Origin: Opitutales bacterium
Lineage (GTDB): Bacteria > Verrucomicrobiota > Verrucomicrobiia > Opitutales > UBA9783
DNA length: 32,000 nt
NCBI GenBank assembly: GCA_046881885.1
Contig: JBKSMP010000006.1
Coordinates: forward strand, 1 to 32,000
Direction of reading: 5' to 3'
How positions within the stretch are numbered: the stretch's first letter is position 1; each line of letters opens with the position of its first letter. The notes below the pieces were generated by a model. That model saw only the letters and a program-made list of their open reading frames with translations. It was not told where the DNA came from and did not search any database. Positions 8,292 through 15,629 of this stretch are shown here, piece by piece. A program made the translations under genes and the position numbers.

Positions 8292-9830
8292 ATGAAGTAC
8301 GGATTTTTAAGTTTAATTTTAGGTTTGCAAGTTCTGATAGGGTGGGGTAGTCAGGAAGAAAACGTTTTGCGTTGGGCTGCAGATGCAGAATCTGGTGTTC
8401 CCAATGTTTTTTTTGATCCCTTAGATCCTAATAAAATTACAGGGTTCGAATACGATATTGCTCAAGCCATTGCACAGAATTTAGGAAAGCAATTAAAGTT
8501 TTTTGCGAATGATTGGGAAATGCTTGTCCCAGGTTTGCAACGTGGTCAATATGATATATTGCTTAATGCGATTGAATGTCGTACTTGGAATTTGTTTGCC
8601 GGTAAAGCTAAGGTTTTACTTTCAAATCCTTATTATATCACACATTTACAATTGGTTGTTTTAAAGAATTCCTACTTGAATTATTTTGCAGATTGTGAAG
8701 GCAAAACCATTGGTATTTTAAAGCAATCTTGGCATGCAGAGAAGGCTTTGAAGCGGTTTACTAATACGCAAATCGTGATTTACGATGATGAAGTTAAGGC
8801 TTATGCAGATTTGAAGAATAAGCGCTTAGATGGGGTTTTATTGGATCATCCAGAATCTTACTATTATGCCGCTATTGATAAAGAAGTTCGGCTTATTGAT
8901 GAACCTATTTCGCGTTTAGAATATGCCGTTATGGTCCGTAGTGAAGATGCTGAATTGCTTAATAAAATTAATAGCATTATCGATAAATTAAAAGCAGATG
9001 GTACCTTAAAAGCGATATTGGAACGTTGGGGGCTTTGGAATGCAGAAACAGCAGCTTATTTTAATGCTCCATTAACGAGTTATTCACCTGCAATTGCCTT
9101 TGATCATTATGTTAATTCTGTTTTAACCTCACAAAATAATTCTAATCATTTTTACTTAACCTGTTTGCCTATTTTTGCGAAAGCGGCTTGGGTAACGCTA
9201 AAATTATCCTTAATAGCCATGTTTTTTGCAATTATAATGGGATTTCCTTTGGCTGTACTGAGAACCTATGGGGTAGGGCCTTTGCGTTGGCTCATTTCAC
9301 TTTATGTGGAATGTGTACGTGGAACGCCATTGCTTATCCAATTATTACTTATTTTTTACGGATTACCGACTCTCGCACCTTACCTACCGGAACCTTTAGC
9401 AAGTTGGGTCTGCTTGAAGCCATTTGTTGCAGGTGTTTTAGCGTTAGCGATCAATTATTCTGCTTATGAATCAGAAATTTATCGTGCGGGTTTGTTGTCG
9501 GTTCCTTCAGGGCAAATGGAGGCAGCTCGGGCACTTGGAATGACGCATTTTCAAGCGCTTTGGCATGTTATTTTTCCCCAAACGATTCGTATGGTAATTC
9601 CGCCTGTTACAAACGATTTTATCATGTTATTACAAGATTCTTCCTTGGTTTCTATGATAACTATCGTCGAGTTAACGCGTACCTATCAATGTTTGGCTGC
9701 CACCCATTTTAATTACCTTGAAACAGGTTTGTGTGTAGCCGGTTTTTATTTATTGTTGGGCTTGCCATTTGTTCGTTTAGCGCGTCGCTTTGAAAAACGC
9801 TTTAATCGTAAAGTAAGAAAACCTTCATGA
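8292..9830 (+). CDS. fused periplasmic binding protein + permease of a polar amino-acid ABC transporter
   Basis: Signal-like N-terminus, then a family-3 solute-binding-like domain of about 250 aa (GFEYDIAQAIAQNLGK...DGVLLDHP...). This is followed by a His/Glu/Gln/Arg-type permease domain (RGTPLLIQLLLIFYGLP, AYESEIYRAGLLSVPSGQMEAARALGM). The start directly abuts the upstream stop (TAAATG). Confidence 0.85.
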   Translation: MKYGFLSLILGLQVLIGWGSQEENVLRWAADAESGVPNVFFDPLDPNKITGFEYDIAQAIAQNLGKQLKFFANDWEMLVPGLQRGQYDILLNAIECRTWNLFAGKAKVLLSNPYYITHLQLVVLKNSYLNYFADCEGKTIGILKQSWHAEKALKRFTNTQIVIYDDEVKAYADLKNKRLDGVLLDHPESYYYAAIDKEVRLIDEPISRLEYAVMVRSEDAELLNKINSIIDKLKADGTLKAILERWGLWNAETAAYFNAPLTSYSPAIAFDHYVNSVLTSQNNSNHFYLTCLPIFAKAAWVTLKLSLIAMFFAIIMGFPLAVLRTYGVGPLRWLISLYVECVRGTPLLIQLLLIFYGLPTLAPYLPEPLASWVCLKPFVAGVLALAINYSAYESEIYRAGLLSVPSGQMEAARALGMTHFQALWHVIFPQTIRMVIPPVTNDFIMLLQDSSLVSMITIVELTRTYQCLAATHFNYLETGLCVAGFYLLLGLPFVRLARRFEKRFNRKVRKPS

Positions 9831-10705
9831 AGTATTTTAATCGTTATACGCAGCAAATAGAGACGGAAGACATTCCAGGAAAGAATAGTCTTGTCTTTTT
9901 GTATGATACGGTTTTCGGAAACTATGTAGTTGAGTTTTTGATAAAAAAAACATGGTTTTCTCGTTTGGCAGCTGTTTGGGCAAATTCTAAGTTCTCTAAA
10001 CGTAGTATAAAACGTTTTATTCAAAAGTATCGCATCGATATGTCACCGTTTGAAGAACGCAATTATTTGCATTTTAATGACTTTTTTTATCGTAAATTCA
10101 AAGAGGGGCAACGTCCTCTTGCACAGACATCAGATGCGATTTGTTTTCCTGCAGAAGGGCGCCATTTAGGTTTTCAGGCCATTAACGACTGCCAAACCTT
10201 CTTTATAAAGGGAAAAAACTTTAATCTTGTGCAGTTGCTAGGAGATGAAGAGCTTGCAAAACGTTTCCGAGGTGGTAGTTGCGTTATCAGTCGTTTGTGT
10301 CCGATAGATTATCATCGATTTCACTTTTGTTGTTCGGGAATCCCTCAAAAAGCTTATACGCTTCCAGGGCATTTATATTCAGTAAGTCCTGTTGCTTTAC
10401 GGAAAAATTGTCAGATTTTGCAAGAAAATAAGCGTTCAGTTACTTTATTGCAATCGAAACAGTTGGGTTGTGTTGCAAGTGTCGAAGTTGGTGCGACATT
10501 TATAGGAAGTATCCAGCAAACGTATAATCCTGATAAACCTTTTAATATGGGCGATGAAAAAGGTTATTTCTTGTTTGGAGGATCTACAATTGTAACGCTT
10601 TTTGAACCCGGTCGTATCCAATTAGCAGACGATTTGTTACAATGCACGCGTAAAGGTTTGGAATTATTTGCACACGTACGCGATTTTATGGGAAAATGTG
10701 TTTGA
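9827..10705 (+). CDS. psd: phosphatidylserine decarboxylase proenzyme
   Basis: Family-typical length and the self-cleavage region GYFLFGGSTIVTLFEPG (G-S-T motif), plus the PIDYHRFH motif. ATGA overlap with the upstream gene. Confidence 0.85.
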   Translation: MKYFNRYTQQIETEDIPGKNSLVFLYDTVFGNYVVEFLIKKTWFSRLAAVWANSKFSKRSIKRFIQKYRIDMSPFEERNYLHFNDFFYRKFKEGQRPLAQTSDAICFPAEGRHLGFQAINDCQTFFIKGKNFNLVQLLGDEELAKRFRGGSCVISRLCPIDYHRFHFCCSGIPQKAYTLPGHLYSVSPVALRKNCQILQENKRSVTLLQSKQLGCVASVEVGATFIGSIQQTYNPDKPFNMGDEKGYFLFGGSTIVTLFEPGRIQLADDLLQCTRKGLELFAHVRDFMGKCV

Positions 10706-10819
10706 GGTCCAAGATGTAGTATGTGTAACTCAATCAATTAGACATAATATTTATTGTGCGAAACAAAAACAATAATTAAACTGCTTGAAAAATTTAAGCT
10801 TCGGTTTAAAATTAAAGGT

Positions 10820-12223
10820 ATGTGGTTTGTAAAGCCTTTATTTATTTTAGATCAAGTTAGTAGTCAATTAATGGTTGATTCGCAAGGAAGTTTGTGGAAT
10901 GTGTTACAAGAAAAAGCTTCTGAAGATCCATTCCGAATACTTACGTTTTTAATTTTCATGGGAGCGATTTGTCATACATTTTTGGCAGGAAAGTTCTCAG
11001 CATGGTCACACACCATTGAAATGAAAAACGGACATTCGACCTGTTTATCTAAATCGTTGCATTTACTAGGGGAAGTTGAAGCGATTTTTGGATTGTGGCT
11101 TATACCACTTATTATCAGTTTCTGTATTTCAAAAGGCTGGCATGCTACCGTAGATTATTTTTCTACACGGCATTATACCGAACCTATCTTTGTGTTTGCG
11201 ATTATGACCATTGCAGCAACCAAACCGATTTTATATCTCGCAGAAAATTGTATTCGTACGCTTGTGCGCTGTTTAGGTGGTGAGCGTCCATCGACATGGT
11301 GGTTATGTATCTTAATGGTCGGTCCCTTATTGGGTTCTTTGATTACAGAACCTGCAGCTATGACTATTGCAGCCATGCTCTTAGGGCAAAAAGTTTTTGC
11401 TTATCAACCCGGAAAATGCTTTTCGTATGCAACCTTAGGTTTGTTATTTGTTAACGTTTCTGTGGGTGGTGTTTTAACCAATTTTGCAGCCCCTCCGGTT
11501 TTAATGGTTGCTTCTTGTTGGAATTGGAGTTCGTCATTCGTATTTACGCATTTCGGTATTAAAGCGATTATAGGAATTGTTTGTGCTACTTTCTTTTATT
11601 TCGTACTATTTTCAAAACAATTAAGCCAGTTAAATCAAAAAGCTAAATCAGCTCAAATAATTACCGATGTTAAAGAAAAAATGCCTTTAAGTGTTATTAG
11701 TATTCATGTAGGATTTTTAGCTTGGACTGTCTTTAATTCACACCATGCAACCCTCATTGTTTGGGGATTTTTGGCCTTTTTAGCTGCCAGTCAGATTATG
11801 TCTAATTGGCAATCTAAAATTGCATTACGTGAATCCTTGCTTGTGGGGTGTTTTTTAGCAGGACTTGTAACTCATGGCGGATTACAAGAATGGTGGATTC
11901 AAGCACTTTTGTCTCGATTGAGCGAACAACTCCTTTTCTTTGGATCCGTTATTTTAACGGCTTTTAATGATAATGCTTCTATTACCTATCTCGCATCTTT
12001 AGTCCCTGAATTTGCGCAGAATTTTAATTTACAAGCGGCAGTTGTCGGTGGTGCGGTAGTGGGTGGTGGACTTACGGTTATCGCAAATGCCCCCAATCCA
12101 GCAGGCCAATCCCTACTTTCAAAATTCTTTGAAAAGGGTTCCGTAAAGCCATTGCCCTTGTTTTTAGGAGCACTCTCCCCTACCCTATTTATGGTGATTG
12201 CTTTTCGTTGTTTGAGTTTGTAA
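10820..12223 (+). CDS. multi-pass membrane transporter, possibly the DUF1504 / putative Na+/H+ antiporter-like family
   Basis: At least 10 hydrophobic helices. The family assignment is from memory of the overall pattern only (low confidence). The track start at 10754 is TTG; the ATG at 10820 (MWFVKPLF), preceded by AAAGG, is the more plausible start. Confidence 0.7.
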   Translation: MWFVKPLFILDQVSSQLMVDSQGSLWNVLQEKASEDPFRILTFLIFMGAICHTFLAGKFSAWSHTIEMKNGHSTCLSKSLHLLGEVEAIFGLWLIPLIISFCISKGWHATVDYFSTRHYTEPIFVFAIMTIAATKPILYLAENCIRTLVRCLGGERPSTWWLCILMVGPLLGSLITEPAAMTIAAMLLGQKVFAYQPGKCFSYATLGLLFVNVSVGGVLTNFAAPPVLMVASCWNWSSSFVFTHFGIKAIIGIVCATFFYFVLFSKQLSQLNQKAKSAQIITDVKEKMPLSVISIHVGFLAWTVFNSHHATLIVWGFLAFLAASQIMSNWQSKIALRESLLVGCFLAGLVTHGGLQEWWIQALLSRLSEQLLFFGSVILTAFNDNASITYLASLVPEFAQNFNLQAAVVGGAVVGGGLTVIANAPNPAGQSLLSKFFEKGSVKPLPLFLGALSPTLFMVIAFRCLSL

Positions 12224-12317
12224 GAAATAATTTTATAAAAACTTCCCTCGTAAAGTTTTAAAATAAAATGCTTTTAATAGCTTGTCTTTTTTGAGCAAAG
12301 CAGTTTTTATAAAATAG

Positions 12318-13439
12318 ATGGAAAATTATACGGTAATCGCGAGACGTTGGCGCCCCAAACATTTTGATGATTTAGTCGGTCAAGATGGAGTTGTTAAAGC
12401 CCTATCGAATGCGATCCGTTCAAAACGTATTGCGCATGCGTATTTGTTTGTCGGGCCACGGGGTACCGGTAAAACGAGTACGGCGCGTTTGTTTGCTATG
12501 GCGCTCAATGGTGAAGGAGGGCCATGTGTTGATTTTGATCCTGAAAGTCCACGTTGTCAGGCGATTTTTCAAGGACGTTCGATGGATGTAATTGAAATCG
12601 ATGGAGCTTCTAATAATTCCGTTGAACAGGTTCGTTCCTTGCGTGAAGATTGCCAGTATGCTCCTGCTGAAGGGGCTTACAAGATTTATATTTTGGATGA
12701 AGTTCATATGCTTTCAACGGCTGCATTTAATGCACTTTTGAAGACTTTGGAAGAGCCGCCAGCGCATGTGAAATTTATTTTTGCAACAACAGAGATTCAT
12801 AAAGTTCCCAATACGATTGTTTCGCGTTGCCAACATTTTGAATTTTTTCCCTTAGAAGCGGATATTATTCAGAAGCAATTGCGAAAAATTGTTGATGCTG
12901 AAAAGCTTGAAGCTGAAGAAAGTGCATTGAAAACAATAGCACAATTAGCCGAAGGTGGCATGCGAGATGCACAATCCATGCTTGATCAATTATTGACTTT
13001 TGCGGAAGGGAAATTGACCGACGAGGCTGTTCGTTCAATGTACGGATTATTGGATCGTAAAGCCTTGGAAGCTTTGGTTCAGGCAATTGAAGAAGGGAAT
13101 TATCCGCAATTGTTAGCAGGCGTTGAAACGGTTGTGCAATCGGGTTGTGATGCGTATCGTGTGCTTGTTGAACTCGGGAAGCTGTTTCATGATAAATTCG
13201 TTGCTTCCATGCAACCTAACACTGCAGAAAAATATGTTCCTTTTGTTTATGCAAAGATTTTGGAAATTTTAAAATCGGGGGAAGATCAATTGCAGCGTGG
13301 TTTGTCGATAAAAGGAAATTTTGAGGCCATTTTGTTGCGTGCAGTGGAATGTACGAAATTGGCGGCTATTGAAACCTTGTTGGATTTGTGGAATCATTTA
13401 CCTGAAGATAGTAAAAAAAAACCCTTGAATCTTGGTTAA
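12318..13439 (+). CDS. dnaX: DNA polymerase III clamp-loader subunit DnaX, short (gamma-like, domains I-III) 0-frame product
   Basis: YTVIARRWRPKHFDDLVGQ, Walker A GPRGTGKTSTAR, DEVHML, FNALLKTLEEPP, SRC motif IVSRCQHF. Ends ...EDSKKKPLNLG* just after an A9 run. Confidence 0.9.
   Translation: MENYTVIARRWRPKHFDDLVGQDGVVKALSNAIRSKRIAHAYLFVGPRGTGKTSTARLFAMALNGEGGPCVDFDPESPRCQAIFQGRSMDVIEIDGASNNSVEQVRSLREDCQYAPAEGAYKIYILDEVHMLSTAAFNALLKTLEEPPAHVKFIFATTEIHKVPNTIVSRCQHFEFFPLEADIIQKQLRKIVDAEKLEAEESALKTIAQLAEGGMRDAQSMLDQLLTFAEGKLTDEAVRSMYGLLDRKALEALVQAIEEGNYPQLLAGVETVVQSGCDAYRVLVELGKLFHDKFVASMQPNTAEKYVPFVYAKILEILKSGEDQLQRGLSIKGNFEAILLRAVECTKLAAIETLLDLWNHLPEDSKKKPLNLG
13413..13421 (+). other. A9 homopolymer: candidate -1 frameshift / transcriptional slippage site in dnaX
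   Basis: Nine consecutive A residues lie 18 nt before the 0-frame stop. The -1 frame is closed at 13412-13414 (TAA) and open from 13415 through 13810 by my hand translation. Confidence 0.5.
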
Positions 13440-13495
13440 AGGCTACGAAATTTGAACATAAGCCTCAAGTATTCGTTACTGAAAATTTAGGAAAA

Positions 13496-13810
13496 ATGGT
13501 AGCAATAGATGAGGTTCCATTCGTTATTTCTTCACAGGAAACAAAACCATCACAATACCTTGAACCTATTTATGAAGGTTTAGTTTTCGAAAAAGAAAAA
13601 GATGTTCCTGATTTTGAGCGAGAACCTGTTTATGATTTAAATAGTTTTGGTGGGAAACAGATCAAAACAGAAACCATTTTAACGCCTCCACCCGATTTTG
13701 AAAAAACATTAGCAACCTTACCCAAAGATTTATTAGATTCATTTAAATCTGTTTTACATGGAGAAGTCGTTGGCATTTGGCCCATTAAAGTGCAGGATGT
13801 GTTAAAATGA
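13496..13810 (+). CDS. 104-aa ORF in the -1 frame relative to dnaX; either an independent small protein or the C-terminal (tau-like) extension of DnaX
   Basis: The ATG is preceded by TAGGAAAAATG, an AGGA-type RBS. The reading frame is continuous upstream to the A9 run. The product is acidic and proline-rich and ends ...LPKDLLDSFKSVLHGEVVGIWPIKVQDVLK. Confidence 0.5.
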   Translation: MVAIDEVPFVISSQETKPSQYLEPIYEGLVFEKEKDVPDFEREPVYDLNSFGGKQIKTETILTPPPDFEKTLATLPKDLLDSFKSVLHGEVVGIWPIKVQDVLK

Positions 13811-13844
13811 AAAGTAAAAAAAATTTAAATTGCTAGGTTGGTAC

Positions 13845-15506
13845 TTAGTTAATTTCTGAAACTTTTATACTATCGGACTGAATCGCCTTAATAATTTTTT
13901 TAAGTTTTTGTTTTAAAACCAATACTTGCTTCCATTCTTCATCAGAAAGCTCATCCGGTTTATTTTTTATATTTACATATCCGGACAAGTGTATGATATT
14001 TTTATCTTGCATGTATTTTTCATAGCTATTTAATAAATTATACCTCTTCTCGGTATTATAAAATTGTAAGGAGATATTTTTCTCGGCCAATTGTTTTATT
14101 AATTCTTCGCCTTCTTTACTAAAGATATTTTCTTTTTTTATTTGGTTAAAATAATCTGAAGGAATACCAAGCCAAATAGTTTCTAAATTTTTTATTTCAT
14201 CTAAGTAGTTAATAAAATTATTTATTTGTGAATCTGGGAGAATAATAGTTTTACAAGAGACATTTCTGACAACTTCCTCTAGATCATTGCAAAACAAGGT
14301 ATTACAAGTTACATTTTCTATCATAACAATCGACTTACGAACAAATAGAATATCTTCAGTATTTTTAGGATTGACAAGTTGTGTTTCAGTAGTGTTCCCA
14401 TCAAACCTAAGCTTTAAGCAAGTTGCGTATTCTATCGGAATAGAAACCCTTTCTTCTTCATAATTATTTGTAAAATGAAGTTCTTTAATAGTTATTCCTT
14501 CTATATGTTTATCACGTGTGTACGCATGTAATTGTTTTTTTAATTCTTTTTCATCTGTAATTGGAAATTTTTCAGCTTCTTCTATATCTTTTATAAACTC
14601 TGTTATGTTGTACTTTGTTAAAGAATCTAAAAAGTTTGCATGTATTACTTTTCCAAATTTGAAAAGTCTTTTTAATCTTAAAGTTTTAATTTTTTGTTTT
14701 AAATTTGCTTTAGAAAGAAAATTTAAGTTTTTTATTATCTCTTGTGTTGAAGTAGCTTTTAAAAGAAATTCTAAATTTTCTTTTAGGTTTTGTTCCAGTG
14801 AACAAGGCTTAAAGTTAATTGTTGCCCAAATTTTTAGGTTTTCAATACCCAATTTGGTAAGTTTCAAGTATTCATCAAAAGAATAAACATCTGCAGAATA
14901 AGTAATTTTGCAATTGCTTAAATCATATGTTTTTTCAATTTTATCTCTATAATCCACTTTTACATAATTAAAAACAATTGGTTTGCCGTATTTGCTTAAT
15001 GCATTATAGAATTCCCCAAACCTATTTACACTAAGAATTGAAATAGGCATAAAACTTTCAACAGAAAATTCATCTTTTTCTTTTATTGGTGTTTCATCGG
15101 GTTCTCCAAACATTTGATATTTAAAAATAATAGGTTTTTTACCTAGTTTTTTAGCTTTATCAGTATGTAATGGTGTAAGTTTTGCAAGAATTGAATAAAA
15201 ATCTAATTTCTGTCGAATAGGTTGTTCTATAATATATTGATCCATGCCTTTTTGAATTACAAATCCATTTTCTTCTCGAAGCGCTTCCCAACTAGGAATG
15301 ATTTGTACTTTTAATTCTTCGTTCGTTAGGATGGGGTCCTCTTTTATTTCCTCATTAGTTGTTGTAGTTTCTTGATGTACCGGTTGAGCTTCGTTTGATC
15401 CAAATACGTCTTTTGTTGCAAACACATCTTCTTCTCCTCCAACTTTTCCTAATACGGTATTTACCACTATTAGGCCACTTAATACCAGAACTATTTTGTT
15501 TTTCAT
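13845..15506 (-). CDS. secreted orphan protein (553 aa), unknown function
   Basis: Signal-like MKNKIVLVLSGLIVVNTVLG, then an acidic, T-rich linker. The rest is K/E/N/I-rich with an LRR-like stretch near the C-terminus (NVTCNTLFCNDLEEVVRNVSCKTIILPDSQINNFINYLDEIKNLETIWL). It is very AT-rich. Confidence 0.75.
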   Translation of the reverse strand: MKNKIVLVLSGLIVVNTVLGKVGGEEDVFATKDVFGSNEAQPVHQETTTTNEEIKEDPILTNEELKVQIIPSWEALREENGFVIQKGMDQYIIEQPIRQKLDFYSILAKLTPLHTDKAKKLGKKPIIFKYQMFGEPDETPIKEKDEFSVESFMPISILSVNRFGEFYNALSKYGKPIVFNYVKVDYRDKIEKTYDLSNCKITYSADVYSFDEYLKLTKLGIENLKIWATINFKPCSLEQNLKENLEFLLKATSTQEIIKNLNFLSKANLKQKIKTLRLKRLFKFGKVIHANFLDSLTKYNITEFIKDIEEAEKFPITDEKELKKQLHAYTRDKHIEGITIKELHFTNNYEEERVSIPIEYATCLKLRFDGNTTETQLVNPKNTEDILFVRKSIVMIENVTCNTLFCNDLEEVVRNVSCKTIILPDSQINNFINYLDEIKNLETIWLGIPSDYFNQIKKENIFSKEGEELIKQLAEKNISLQFYNTEKRYNLLNSYEKYMQDKNIIHLSGYVNIKNKPDELSDEEWKQVLVLKQKLKKIIKAIQSDSIKVSEIN

Positions 15507-15541
15507 AAACTTTATTTTCCTTTATAGTTTATACTATCGGC

Positions 15542-15610
15542 ATTTTTGCAAAAATCTTGAGGAGATTTTTGCAATATCTTATGTGAAGCTTAAAAAGGAT
15601 AATTTAAGCT
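15542..15610. other. intergenic palindrome and two hairpins upstream of the secreted orphan gene
   Basis: Perfect 14-bp palindrome ATTTTTGCAAAAAT (15542-15555). Hairpin GCAAAAATC-ttgagga-GATTTTTGC (15548-15572). ATTTTTGCAA occurs a second time at 15565-15574. Hairpin AGCTTAAA-aaggataa-TTTAAGCT (15587-15610) is followed by GTTTTTA on the plus strand. Confidence 0.35.
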
Positions 15611-15629
15611 GTTTTTATATAAACCCTAT

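Noticed and set aside
14518-14886. 122-aa plus-strand ORF inside the secreted orphan gene
   Set aside because: It is a Phe/Ser/Lys-rich product of AT-rich antisense sequence. The 553-codon minus-strand ORF with a signal peptide is the better explanation.
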